Assembly (NCBI GenBank): GCA_002269645.1
Contig: NIVC01001595.1
Coordinates: 1 to 64,000 of the forward strand
Length of the DNA stretch: 64,000 bases
From: Macrostomum lignano
Lineage: Eukaryota
Direction: 5' to 3'
Numbering within the stretch: the first letter of the stretch is position 1; each line of letters opens with the position of its first letter. Both the position numbers and the translations under genes were made by a program. The notes beneath the pieces were generated by a model. That model was not told the origin of the DNA, did not search any database, and was given only the letters and a program-made list of their open reading frames with translations. Positions 28,356 through 43,061 of this stretch are shown here, one piece after another.

Positions 28356-29640
28356 TTCGCCCGCGTCGCCGCTGCCTGCCAGCTTTGTGCTCCAACTGGA
28401 CACGCCGCTCCCAGCTGAGGAGGACTTCTGCACCAGCCCAGTCACCACGGAGGACGTTGTGCTGTTCGCTCGAAAAACAACAGGCGGCAAGGCGCGATCG
28501 GCCCCGACGAAGTTCCGGTCGAAGCACTGCAGCTCCCAGGTCACAGGCGTCGTGAACCGCGTGCTCACCGGTGCCCCTGCGCCCACCGAGTGAACCGTCG
28601 CGCACATCGTACCGATCCCGAAGAAGGCAGGGACAACGCGGAAAGAAGACCACCGCGAAATCTCACTGATTTCCTGCACCTCGAAGCTCTTTAACCGGCT
28701 GCTGCTCGATCGTATGCAGTCGGTGCAGGACCCATACCTACGGTACGAGCAGAACGGATTCCGGCCGCCAAGCTGGAACACAGACAGATCCTCACACTCC
28801 GCCGTGTCATCGAGGAGGCGCACGACTGCCAGTATACGCTGATCATTGTCTTCGTTGACTTTGCGACGACTTTCGAAAGGCGTTTGACTCTGTGTTGAGA
28901 GCCGCGCTTCCCTTCGTCCTTCGACCCTATCCGGTCCCGCAACAGCTAATCGACGCTGTCATGTCGCTGTATTGCGATACTCGAGCTGCTGTGGTGACGG
29001 TGGACCGTCTGTCTGACCTGTTCGACACCTCATCAGAAGTTCTGCAGGGTGACACACTGGCGTCGTTCCTCTTTGTGCTGCTGCTGGACTGGGTGCTTAG
29101 GACCGCACTCCCCTCGGCTGACGACGGCTTCCTGCTGCGTCCTGAATGTCCTCCAGTCCGAAGCGCTGCCCGACCGCGACAGGGCTCGGCTGTGGCAGGC
29201 GGTGGTCAAAACCGTCCTGCTATATACATGTACAACGCCGAGACGTGGACGTGGACTATGCTGGAGCGGCAGTTGGACTCGGCGCACTCAGGGCTACTCC
29301 GTGTGGCCAGCTTTCGAGCTGACAAGAGCGTCGGGACCGAGGCCCTGTACGATCGGGCCTAGCTGCAGCGGCCGTCCATCAAACCTGTGTTATGGAGCTA
29401 TTGCCTCCAACCTGTGTTCAGGACGTTCTGATGCTCACCTTGCAGGGCCCGTTCCGGTGGGGTCAGGCCCGAACCCGTTGATACGCGTGGACTGCCTCCT
29501 ATGCGATGCCGAGGCACCCGAGACTACCAACGGGGCGGACTTCGTCCGATCTCAGGCTCTGACGCGCCGACGCGCCCTGCTCTCATAGTGACCTTGTATG
29601 CGAGGCTGCGTACTTGTTGTTGTTGATGTTGTTGTTGTTG
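28356..29640 (+). mobile_element. 5'-truncated, internally deleted RTE-like LINE
   Basis: Frame-broken RT motifs: GPDEVPVEAL, IVPIPKK, HREISLISCTSKLFNRLLLDR, EQNGFRP, QILTLRRVIEE...FVDF, VLQGDTLASFLF, VLLY..AETW. Ends in (TTG)n. Confidence 0.85.
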
Positions 29641-29843
29641 ACATGATCAAATTCAATTAACTGTACACTGTTCTGGCCGTGTTCCATGTACATGTGAAAT
29701 TAAATCGCTGGGGCCAGCCAGCCAGGTTTTCACATCTGCACATCAAACTGTACATGACGCTGACATACAGGCGAATGCATGAACTTAAGCGACAAATATC
29801 AACTAGCAGTCGCGTGAACGTCTTCATGCATGTACTGCCTGTA

Positions 29844-31056
29844 CCCCCTACAGCAAATCCGACGTCAATGGCAAATTATTTGCTTTTATGTATGTACATC
29901 AATGAATATCGACGTTATACCGTTGGCTGAACGGCGGTGTAATTGTTAAAGTATGTACACATCTGTCATCGATGTCGGATTAATTTGCTGTACGGGTACC
30001 CCGGCGGTCTTCGGTTTCCAAAATAACCCAAAGGGTCCGTACTGTACGATCGGCACTGTGAGATTCAACTTTACGCTCGTAGACTACTGAGATAAATAAC
30101 TATCTAATCGTTTAATATCTCACATAACCTTAGAAATTATGTCACCGTTATGTAGATGTAGTACTTTAAAACACAATAAATTGCTAAAAAAATTTTAACA
30201 ACATGACGCTGCAGATGCGTCAACCAGGCCCTGCATGAAGACTAATGGCAGGATACAAAAGAAAACTTCTGCGAAGACTGAGAGTTTTGGGGGAGGACGG
30301 TCTGTGGCTGTGCCTGTCTGACAAAGGAAAACAAACCAGAATTATCGCGGTCTGCCTGCGCGAACTTCGAGAAGCACTTTTAGTGTCTCGCAGCCACTTG
30401 CTCGATACGTCTATGTATTTTCTGCAGTTATTTTCACTCTTGTACTGTCATGGCAGAACTTGCAGTTCGAGGCCAGGAGAGCTATAGCGTCGCATGATGG
30501 CTTACTGCGCCGACTCCAAGATCAGCGGGGACTATTTAGCGAGTTACAAAACCAGTACAGTCTGGCCGGCGTTCCTAACGTCTATCGAGTATACATGTAT
30601 GACGTACTTTTACATGGCACTAACGTTCAGCTGACGTATGACGTCGTGGTTAAAGCCCATAACATTGTCATCGATGTCAATATAGTCGGGCGGCGTCGGA
30701 TTGCTGTACGGGAAGCGTGGTACGTACAGTGTATAATTATCGCTCAGCGACCTCCAGGTATCATATGTACCGGTAAATGTACGGCGACTCATGCCCATTT
30801 GTACATGCAGGATGAGTTGCTGTAAACGCTGGCAGACGTCTCGCGCCCAAGCCTAGCTATGTCTGAGGCTGTTTATTTTTTAAGACTTTTCTGGCAGCTT
30901 GCTATACATATTAGCGAGTTTTGACATGAGTTTTTACACTAAATTGATGGATACCGACGTCATGCGTCGGCTGAACAACATGTAAAAGTACAAATTTGTC
31001 ATCGACGTCGGTACATCGGCCAGCGTCGCGTCGCCGACGTCGGATTGCTGTACGGG
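29844..31056. mobile_element. Cluster of CCCGTACAGCAA-ended MITEs or fragments
   Basis: One left end (ccctacagcaaatccgacgtc, ~29845) and three right ends (cgtcggattgctgtacggg-like) ending at 29996, 30712 and 31056. Confidence 0.7.
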
Positions 31057-33837
31057 AAAAAATGCAACAACCAAGCAATAGTTTTATGCAACTACATGTA
31101 CAATGTGTGAGCTATCGAGCTCTTAGCTATAACTGAATTTACTTTGTGGCTGTACGAGTATGTCTATGGTTACAAACTCGTTCCGTTTGATACAGACCAC
31201 GACATCGAGAAGCATAAGCTATGCGCGTAAGCGGTATAAAATAAAATGTTCAAAACACCTCGCTTATAGAGCGAGCGAACGCTATAGAAAGTAGCAAGCC
31301 AAGGGCTGCTCATAAAAGTTTTCTTTGAATTTGTTATCATTACTCGGCCAAAAAACTTAACACAATGTATAATCACTGATCCTTGTTAAGACTCTAATCA
31401 ACCGATACATCGCAGTTTTATTTGCTGGTAGATCAAATTAGTTATAATCGCTTGAAATTTGATAAAGATTAAATAAACAACCATGCAATACGATAGCAAA
31501 AAAATTGCATGCGAGAATCTATAGTAGCCAGCATAAGCCTCTGGGGTGAAATCTAGTTGTTCGAAGCAAGCCATTACTATGTACACTTCGACTGCGTCTA
31601 ATCAATTATTACATTAATTTAAAAGTTAATTTTGTAATTGTTTTCGATCAGCAATGCTTGAACATTAGCGAGCTACAATGATAAGGCACATGCATGCATA
31701 CCATTTAAGGCTAAGCTGCAGATCGATATAAGGGTTCATCCAGATATTATAAACACATTATAAAGAATCAAGAGAATAACATCTGCATGCAGTTACCATA
31801 TCCAGTGAGCCAGTTTGCATTGACAAGTAATGCTCAAAGGTATTGAAATTGCATCAACTTAAGGATGACTTAAGTAGACAGTTTGGAATGGAAACCTCGC
31901 TTTCTTGGAAAGCATTTAGGTTGCTGGTTTTGCTTTACAGAAAAACTCAAGAGAGACATGTTATACTAAAGAACGAGCTTTTGATTGGCTTCCAATGAAA
32001 ACTAAAACTGTCTTATTTTTGTGGAAAAATCAACCCGGAAAGATCCTACACATCTCCGTAGTGTACTTTTATTGCAAACTCAACCTAAAAATCGAATCGA
32101 AGTTTCCCGTCACACTTAAATTGTCCTTTTAGTTTGAAACTCCACTGGTGGTAAAATTTCGCTCGTAAAAATCTATCAAAATCAATGATCATTTACTTTG
32201 GGGAAAACAGTTTGCTATAGTTCACCGAAGGAAGTGAAATGGGACAATTTTTCATGAATAATCCCACTATATAGTAAGCTATCTGCATCGCCATTTAGTT
32301 GACGTAAAAGTGCGAATCTAATCTAAATATACACAAGTTTAAAAATAAGCTGAGTATTTCTGAGACGCAAAAAGCGGAGAGAATTAAATCGAGAAAAAAA
32401 GATAAAGTGCAGTTTGTGTACATTAATTAATCGCTCATAAATCCGTTTGGAGCAATTTAATTTTGTCGAAAAGTTGAGCACACTAGTCTGTAGAGGAAAA
32501 AATCAGAATCAGAAAGAAGCAATTTATAAGTTGCATGTGATTGGCTGAGGAATACACGGTTATTAAATATAAAGTCGAGGCCACTCTCACATCGATACCG
32601 AATTCATCGCTAGGGCTTTCTTCTCCAGTTCGGAAAATTCAGCATGCCCGGCTACCATTTCACTGCAAAGTGTAAAGGAGTTTGATATATCAAACCAATT
32701 TCTTGCCGCAAGTTTACCTGGTGCTAAGGCTCCAACACCAAACTTGTGATCTTGAACAAACTAAAAGTACTGTGGAAGCACGTAAAAATTTCTTAGAAAT
32801 TAACTGGCCTGTAAAGAACGTATATTTGTGGTACCGCTGGGTGTATTGAGTGTGCTCTCTAGAGAACGAACATAGAGCTGAATGAGGTTTTGCCATAGAC
32901 AAAATCCGTCGAGTAAAAGACGATCTCTTACGAGCATACAACAAATATCCGTTCCTTTCTGACTTTCAGCTCATTTCTAAGAAAGTCGAGTGCATGCAGC
33001 GTACTTCTACTTTAGTATTCTATGTCTGGTGACCATCCGTGATGTGATACATAGTGTGATGATAATTTTTATTGATATTACGCTCATAGTGTTTAGAGTC
33101 AACTCAGACCACAGATCCTATATAATAAAAGAATACTATAGAAGATGTCTCAATTCATTGTAGAAGAAAAGTGATCACTTTTTATATTCAGCTGACACAT
33201 TCAGTCTTTTTAGGATTCAATGTTTCAGTGTTATTACTGTTTTTTATGAAACTTAATTACTTTCCAGCTATTTATGTCTAACTGAAGTCTAGGGAATCGG
33301 AACATTCATAAAATAAGTGTACGCTGGATTTGTAACTCTTTGTAACCAAATTTGAATTCGCACATCAGTTCGATTAAAGATCGAAAATAGTAATGAAAAA
33401 AAAACTATAGATTCAGTCTTGATGATTTAGCAAATAAAGTCATGGTGCGCGCGCAAATGTAATTCATACATGTACGTGTGCGTATTCACTGATAGCTATA
33501 TATGAGAGTTTCAATTCAGAGAATTTGCGATAATAAACATAAAATGAACGATTGAAGTGAGCTTTTAATACATAGTTGGTTTTGACATAAACAACACCTT
33601 TTGTAACACGATATAAATGTGTAAAATCGTGCATTAAACGCTAAAAGCATGCTTAAATGGCTAGTGATCGCGTATTGGCTGGAGTCATTTAATGCACGAG
33701 AAATATACATCGTTCTACAATACTATTCATTGTCTATGGCCAAAAAGCAATCCTTCACCAATAACGCGACTGTGCAGTAAATCCCAAGCCGTGCTGTAAA
33801 TTCCCGCACGTATTCAACTTATTAAATTTATTTAAGT

Positions 33838-34478
33838 CTGAGCTACTGGTCTAATTCTACCTGAGCTAATGAGCTAATCCTGCCTAAGCTACTGTCTCAG
33901 TACCTGAGCTACTGAACCAATTCTACCTGAGCTACTGAACCAATTCTACCTGAGCTACTGAACCAATTCTACCTGAGCTACTGAACCAATTCTACCTGAG
34001 CTACTGAACCAATTCTACCTGAGCTACTGAACCAATTCTACCTGAGCTACTGAACCAATTCTACCTGAGCTACTGAACCAATTCTACCTGAGCTACTGAA
34101 CCAATTCTACCTGAGCTACTGAACCAATTCTACCTGAGCTACTGAACCAATTCTACCTGAGCTACTGAACCAATTCTACCTGAGCTACTGACCCAATTCT
34201 ACCTGAGCTACTGACCCAATTCTACCTGAGCTACTGAACCAATTCTACCTGAGCTACTGAACCAATTCTACCTGAGCTACTGACCCAATTCTACCTGAGC
34301 TACTGACCCAATTCTACCTGAGCTACTGACCCAATTCTACCTGAGCTACTGAACCAATTCTACCTGAGCTACTGAACCAATTCTACCTGAGCTACTGACC
34401 CAATTCTACCTGAGCTACTGAACCAATTCTACCTGAGCTACTGACCCAATTCTACCTAAGCAACTGAACTAATTCTAT
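33838..34478. repeat. 23-bp minisatellite, ~27 copies
   Basis: Unit ctacctgagctactgaaccaatt (a/c variant). Confidence 0.97.
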
Positions 34479-35758
34479 CAGCCGAGGTACCGAAATTTAG
34501 GACTGAAACTTACATGTTCGCAGGCAAAAATATTTTCCATTGCTGTTGTCACTTAATTAAAATAAATTATAAAGCCCTCTTATCCCTCTTATAGTCCATG
34601 CGTGCGGTAAATTCCAATCGATCTATGTCTATGGCTAAAACCAGAAGAATGCTTTGCCCATAAATCTACCATTTAAGCACTCAAAACCAAGTATTCAATC
34701 CTATAATTCACAGTTAAAATCCTAAAGTTACATAAAGATAGGTTGGGCCATAGACAGCACCATGAATTTCCATGAATCACCGTCAAGCGTGACAGTTCTT
34801 TTCATTTCAAATTTCAATCATTTCTTTTCTTGTCATTTCATTAAGATTAATTTTCATTTTAATCTTATAAGCCGCTCTTAATGCTTAGGAAAGTTATAAA
34901 TTAACTGTGACTGGTGATCCTGTTTGTGAATTTATTAAGCAAATTTTTTTACCCAAAAATTACATGTATATAGGCCTAAATTACAGGCACACAAATGGCT
35001 ACTGCTGCGGTCACAGACTCGACCGCAAGCTGTTTCCCTCTCAGCATCAGCAGCTGCTGTCTCCACTCCTGGTAAACTCCTTCATCAAGCCAATGTAGGA
35101 CCAGGCGAAAGTGGCTGACGGAAAGTATGAACAAAACAAAAATGATGCAGTCATAACTATAGGAAAAAAACTGAAAAGTTAAAATTTAACTACGGTACAG
35201 TGCGTTGAAGCAATTCTAACCAAAAATAAAGTAGCTGGAAAATTTCTAAAAACTAAGGCAAGAAAAACATGAATTTTGCTTTACTCTGTGCAGAAACAAC
35301 TGGTGCGTGTATTTGGTTGCATCCAAAAACATGGTTTGAGAGCTCGCAAAACAAACTCGCGTGTTGTGATTCTGATAAGTGCTGGTGCACTAATCTGCAG
35401 TTAGTTACTGCAGTTAAATTCACTGCTCTATCTTTGGAGCTAAAAATAAAAAAGAGATATTGATTAATAAAATTGAATCTGAATTTCAAAATCAACAAGA
35501 CAAGTCTGAATTAAAAATGTGAAACGCAAAATGAACGCACGATCTTCAGTGACTAGCTAGAGTGCTGCGTGATTGGGCATTGAGGAATGTGTAAGGAACT
35601 CAGGTTGATCGTCTTTCATACGCTGCAAAACAATTTTTTTAATTCAGAAGTCTTTCATATTATGAGCACTGCGATTCCTGAGCCACAAAAATATACTTTC
35701 TAAGCATACTAGCTATATTTAGATTTTTTCTGAAATATTTGAGATCTATGGAAAGTAA

Positions 35759-35914
35759 AGGTACATCATAAACCCGAAAAATCATAACTCCGAAAGGATT
35801 TCCTATCATAACCCCGAAAACAAAAATAGCGTTGGACATTGCTAGCACTTTTGAAGTTATGCTAATTCGGGTTTATGATGGAAAGCGCTTTCGGAAGATT
35901 TTTATGATGCTCCC
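35759..35914. mobile_element. Small foldback-like MITE
   Basis: catcataaacccgaa modules are mirrored by ttcgggtttatgatg modules. Confidence 0.55.
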
Positions 35915-36756
35915 GACACCTTTCAGTGAGAGAGTTCGGCGCAGATTGTACCGCTTAATCACGAAGAACCAGCTTAATCGTATTTTATAAGGTGAGGAAT
36001 TGCGGGTAATATGTTTTGTTTATTTCGTCAGAGTAAAAAAGCATTTTTTTAAGTTTGATTGGTGATAATAATTATAGGCTGAATACAAGGTGGTTAGGAC
36101 ATTTTTCTCTTTGAATAGACTTGTTGAAGCTTTTTCAAAATTGCAGGAATCATTCGAGCAACCGTACTGACAAGGTACAACCCACTTCGAGTGGGATATG
36201 GTTAATTTTTTGTTATAATTTAAACAAGGATAAAAGTGTAGGATTTGGCAAAGGTGAGTTTTAATTGTTTGTCGTTGGATAGTAGACTAGCGATATACAG
36301 TACAGGGACAATGAGTGCATGCAGAAGTTGCTTACTGCTCCAAATAACAATGTTTACACAGTAAATGCTATATCGATCTAATCTATCTTCAGGAAATTAT
36401 ACCAGAAAGGAGAGTAAGTCATAAACTGAATTTCAATAACACAAAAAGGAATAGAATTTGGACTATATTACTACACAATCTCTTGTAACAATCAAGAACA
36501 TTCTACTATTTCTACTGGGGAGAGATCTCTATATGTACCTTAATCTTTATCAATGAAAATAGTAGACTATCTTTTTCTACTGAAAACCAATGAAGGATAT
36601 TAAGAGATTAAATCAATTTGATCAAGGAATAGTTGGGATAGAATACTCATAAGTTATGGTTAAATTTTATACAGTTGAGGCATAACACAACGGAATAAAA
36701 ACATAATTTGAGCAATAAATATTAAATTAACTTGGCCAAGAAGAAATTTATATATA

Positions 36757-39700
36757 TTAGGAATTACCCTTTCTAGCAGAGCTCAGGTCATTGTCTAGAA
36801 TGATCTCCAACATCTCCCTGTAGCATGCAAATCGCCGCAAAAAATGCATTGTAAATCTGTTCTGATTAATGTTGAACTACATGCTGGGGGTGCTTCCCGT
36901 TATATCATGTACTTTGGGTTGTTTAGAAATTGAGCTGAGATGACATTGTAGCGGTTTTAGTCAATTAGTTTTCGGTTGTTCATTGATTCATTAATAGATA
37001 CCATTGGTGTAAAAATAATTAGTATGGAGAAAAATTATAATGGTCGCACTTTAATAATTAGTGGGAAAAAGGATGCAAGCTGAAGTTAACAAAATGCACA
37101 GATGTCGATGTCAAAGCGAACAATCATAGAATAACTTCTAAACATCCAGCTAGACATCAAAAAGCTGGATTTTGTCGTAAGCTCTCAATTACAGCAGCAT
37201 TCGTAATTCACTAAACTCACAGAATATACACAGAATGCTCAATCACGCATTTTGAGAAAATTTCTTTCTAATTAGAAATTAAATTCTATACTACTGGTAG
37301 CTACTCTTGTTGTGAAGAAAAACTAAGTAGGCCGAATGGCACTTTTCCATGTTTGTCCAACCCAGACGGACCATAGATGTATTTTAGCAGAGCATATCAC
37401 TGAGTAGACTGGGAAGGGTATGCGTATGAGTATGAGTCTCATAATTGTGTTGTTGAAGTGCAGAGGCAGCTTCAATGACAGACGGGAGTGCCGAGAGGCC
37501 GTGACGAATCTTGCCTGTCAACCAGTTGTTGGGCTGTCAATTGCAGACCAACAGCAACTGCGAGAACGATGACAGCACTTTGCTGCGCGAATTTCGGGTC
37601 CAGGTAGCAGCCAACTGCAATTGCGCATAGTCCTGGGTTGCAGGGCGATGATCTGATTTCAGCAAACCCATTGCATCAACTGAGGAGGCTAACAACCTGC
37701 TTGTCGGTACCTTCGGCATCATTGATAGCGAGAAGTGCGTCTACATTGGGGGCTGGCTGCTTTTCAAGCTCTTCAAATATGAGTGCAAGTGCGACGAATG
37801 CCAGCAGACGTTGAAAGTCGATGGTTCGAAAGCGACGCGCTTTCTGCAGCTCAAAAATAGACAGGATGGAACTGGAAACCTGGTCATCTCCAAAAGGGCA
37901 GTTGATCATATCTGCAGTCTGTCAGATGGAGCGCACCTTCACGACAACAGACAAAGAGTTGTGTGTTCTGAAGGGTGTGGGTCAACGGCTGCAAGAAAAG
38001 TTCTTTCCTATTGTTCTTGCTAACATTCACACACACAGCTCGGATCACAGTGAACGCTGCGCAAGGGCGGTGGCCAAGTTGTTTGCCTGAATTCGCCTGC
38101 ATCGCTGGTGAAACAGTCAGAGGGAGCTCGCTCAGTAGAGAAAGCAGCGCGAGGGCGCACGACAGGAATGAAGAGAAGTGAAGAGTAGAAGAAACTGATG
38201 CGAATGAATGCTGTTTGACTTGATTTTTTAAGATTCAATTTTTGACTTCCTAAATAAACTGACCGGTTTTTAAATTTGATCCTTGTAGTAGGATCGTTAC
38301 TGCTTTTGATACTTTTTGCTAAATTATTCTTTGCTAGTTTATACTACTGGCCATAGACTTCACCACAAAAGTAGTACGCATGAACTTTAATTCGGCTTCA
38401 TGGAAAATGCTTGATTGAGCATTCTGTGTATATTCTGTTTACTAAACTTCTAAACTTGACCAAAGCAGCCATATCTCATGAGATTTTTTTGACATAAATT
38501 GTTGATTATTCTGAATCTATTGTTTGCTTGTTAACTACTCGTTTGTTAATTTTAATTACAATATAGTATGGATAACGAAATATTTATTAGTTATATGAAT
38601 TCGTACATTTAGAGTCCCATGGTGAACATTTAGTATAAATATGGCATAAACAGCATCCATTTAAACTTACGGGTCGTACTACGAGAAAGAAGTAAAATAA
38701 AACTGCTTCACGGCATGGCAACTCGTAGCGAAATAATTTCGTATTTTAGTGAATATAAATAAATAAACAATTAGCAGTCACAAATACAGGCTGAACGTCA
38801 CGCATAAAAAGGAAGAGTAAACGTTTCAGTTCAAACAAATGTTGACAAATTTCACTGCATTTTAGTCTGACGTGTTTTACCTTCTGAGTTCCCATGCGAT
38901 CAAAAAATATCTTGAAAACATCCTGTTTTTTGTACGACGCGGAGTACAGTTTGTTTCTTGTTAAAGCTTACTATAACAAAGAGGTTTTATATTTAATATG
39001 CTCTTAAAATATTAAATTAGGTACAATTTATTATTTCTTGCTGATCAGTTACCCCGATTACATTGACATTATTCAAAAGGGGATCGAGCTTTAGATGATA
39101 ACAAATAGTACATATAAATTCTATTCCTTACCTGTAGTTAATCTCCCCATCTCCGTCTTTGTCCAAATCGTTGATCAACCATTCGACCTCTTCGTCCGTG
39201 AGGTTAAGCCCGGATTCCTGAACGGTTTGAGTGGGTTTTGACAGTTTATTTAAGTGCAAGTCAATTGTAATTACTATTGACGTTATTAGAACTGATGCAA
39301 GTTCTGCCCCTTTCTGGAACAGGCAAAAATGTCAATTAGGTTTTAAGGCACTTCAGAAAAATGAGAAAGATAACTCGATTAAGCTTTCCCACGGAGAAAT
39401 GTGTTCTTCCTTCAAACAGGTGCCGTAATAGATAGAATATTCAATTTCAATATGTGACAGACGCATTCCATCTCGCTTGTACAAATGACTTCAGAAAAAG
39501 AGGAAGCACTTTCTGTGTGGCGTGTTAGGGCGGGGGAAATGCGAAATTACATACATTTATGCTAATATAATTCGAGCGAAATGCCACACAGCACAGCAAA
39601 CCGCACAACTTGAAACAAAACTTGGTGCATATGTTATTGTCGAACAGGTAAAAATTAGCCAAAAAGGATTTGTTAACTATTGTCGGCACTCGCGTCGTGT

Positions 39701-42700
39701 CAGTTGGCAGAGGTAAATAGGAATGATAAAAGATTACAGAAAATGCTGAGACAAATCTGGTGTGTTTTACCTTTCGGAAAATCTGAAATTGTATGCGTTG
39801 TTTGATAAAGTGTACGACTAGAATTGTCTTTAATGTTTCGCCACCCCTACCTTTTTGTAATTTTGTTTTGTAAAAACATATCAATCAACCTCGATCAAAT
39901 TCAATTACTCTGGAGTGTTCATACTTGCACAGTCGTAGCGTGTGACTATAGTGTAGTACGCTTAATCTCACTGTCCTACCATCTCACTCCCACTGAATCT
40001 AAAATGTACACTGGGCAACCACCTCACTCCCACGGAATATAAAATGTACACTGAGCCAATCACCTCGCTCCCACTGAATCTACACTGGGCCAACCACCTC
40101 ACTCCCACAGAATCTAAACTGTACACTGGGCCAACCACCTCACTCCCACAGAATCTAAAATGGACACTGGGCCAACCACCTCACTGCCACTGAATCTAAA
40201 ATGTACACTGGGCCAACCACCTCACTTCCACTGAATCTAAAATGTACACTGGGCCAACCACCTCACTTCCACTGAATCTAAAATGTACACTGGGCCAACC
40301 ACCTCACTTCCACAGAATCTAAAATGGACACTGTGCCAACCACCTCACTGCCACTGAATCTAAAATGGACACTGTGCCAACCACCTCACTGCCACTGAAT
40401 CTAAAATGGACACTGGGCCAACCACCTCACTGCCACTGAATCTAAAATGGACACTGGGCCAACCACCTCACTGCCACTGAATCTAAAATGGACACTGGGC
40501 CAACCACCTCACTGCCACTGAATCTAAAATGGACGCTGGGCCAACCACCTCACTGCCACTGAATCTATAATGTACACTGGGCCAACCACCTCACTCCCAC
40601 AGGATCTAAAATGGACACTGGGCCAACCACCTCACTGCCACTGAATCTGCAATGAACATTTGGTCAAGCACCTTTCTCCCGCTGAATCTAAAATTTACAC
40701 TGAAACAAGCAACTCATCCCCACTCAACCATTTCCTTGAATGTACGCAGGGCTTGAACTGCGCAATTTGCAAACTAAGCCAACCTCCAAAATTTTAATAA
40801 AATCCATTTTTAGGTGGATGTAAATAAAAAAGTGATTTTCTAAGACAACCTAAAACTTACCTCGAGTCCTTCCAGAAACTCTTCTCGCGTCACCGACATG
40901 CTTCGATCTTTGTCAAAGGTGTTAAAAAAATCGATCATCTTCATACCGCGTTTCTCAACAAAGTTTCTCAGCTTCATCATTGGATGCACTTTGGCCTTCT
41001 CGCGATGCGGCACCTTGACACCGACTTCCACCTTGAGCTCAGGCATTGTCTCCAGGAGTTGATGGTGCAGATCCTTGAAGTCGTCGTTAACCATGATGTC
41101 CTGCATTATATTTTTTTCATTAATCATCTTTATTTAACATTTAGCATGCCAAGAACTATAGATAAAAAAGCTTGTATAATTTTAGACTACTTTTAGTAAG
41201 AGGACGCAAGCTGAGACCCGAACGTCTCAGACCCGAACCTACATGTATGAATTTAATACGGCCGTAACTGCTAGTTATGGTGCAGCTAAACATTCGTGTC
41301 TCGCTCAAAAAGTTAAAGCGAAATTGGATTTATCTATTTAATTGCTACGAAGTTCCGAAAAAAACACGGAATGTGCCGACGGTATAAAAATAATAAACCT
41401 TCGTTTCAAGGGGGTTTTGAGACCACTGGATCAAAGCCTTCGGCGACATCGTCCCACTACCAGAGGCTATAATCTAGCCATTTCGATTACTTCTGAGCAC
41501 ATTCATACAGCTTGGTATTGTACGCAGACACGCGCTCGCACAGGGCTTAAAGTGCACTTATTTTATAATCACTATGCTATAGGAAGTCATATAAATAACA
41601 GTAATAATAATTGGCTACACCTGCCCCAATTGGGCCAGATGTGCAGCCGACAGCTCAGCCGCAGCTATTGCGCGGCGCATCTGAAGGCTGCGTACGGCTG
41701 TTCAGTCCAAGGACTGGGGGGGGGTCACCACACACAGCCTCAATTACCCCAGCTAATGCTGGCACCCATTTTACAGCTGGGTGAACTGAAACATGAGTTA
41801 AGTGTCTTGCTCAAGGACACAAGGACACACCCCGACCTTCAAGTCGTGAGCCCGACGCTCTAACCACTAGGCTTCAACCTCCTAGGAAGTCAGCATGTAA
41901 ACTCTCTGCGCCACCAGGGTTTGCCTTCATGGATGTGAATTGCATGACGGCATAAAAGACAATTCACCGGCACTTACACAAGCCCCGATTCGAATTGACG
42001 TGGCTGAGCACAGATTTCATATCTCGGACACTTAATATCTCGGACACTTAATATCTCGGACACTTAATATCTCGGACACTTAATATCTCGGACACTTAAT
42101 ATCTCGGACACTTAATATCTCGGACACTTAATATCTCGGACACTTAATATCTCGGACACTTAATATCTCGGACACTTAATATCTCGGACACTTAATATCT
42201 CGGACACTTAATATCTCGGACACTTAATATCACGGACACTTAATATCTCGGACATTTAATATCTCGGACACTTAATATCTCGGACACTTAATATCTCGGA
42301 CACTTAATATCTCGGACACTTAATATCCCGGACACTCAATATCTCGGACATTTCATATCTAGGACACTTCATATCTCGGACACTTCATAACTCGGACACT
42401 TCATAGCTCGGACACTTTATAACTCGGGCACTTCATATCTCCGAAATTTCATATTCATTTGTATAGAATGCAGGTGATACCGCAAATTGTTCAGAAATCG
42501 CATGTGACTCTAATTGCACAGACTGTTTGCCCCAATTTAGCTGGCATCGCCGAAATATGTTGAAAACGTTTTTTAACCTAATTGTTAAGAAGGAATACCG
42601 CAGTACAAGACAGCAAGCTTAGCTTGGATTTGTGAAGGTTGAAACAGTAGTTCTCTAAATACGAGCGTACCACCCCTATAGCTACTCAGCAGTATGCTTC

Positions 42701-43020
42701 TCTCTTTTAATGGCCCGCCTCTCAATTGATATTCTCTCTTCTCAACAGCCGACTGTGGATAGCCACTCGTGCGAGCTTCTCTCCAAGTTGCAGCATAATT
42801 CAAACTATGAAGACTCGTTTCTCAGTTGACTGGTTGCAACGATTCAACACAGCAGTTGCTGGCTACGTACTACAGGCATTGGGTTGAATAGATTCTTGAG
42901 ACAGCCACCCGGGGCAACAAAAGCAACCATGCAGCTGTATGTGGCGCTCTAAAAAGAATTATACTGAGTAACAGAAGAAGTGGCAGCCTGAGAGATGAAG
43001 AATCACAATAAGACAGAGCC

Positions 43021-43061
<41 letters not shown>

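Noticed and set aside
32560-33030. Possible decayed coding sequence
   Set aside because: Stops occur in all frames and there is no recognisable motif.
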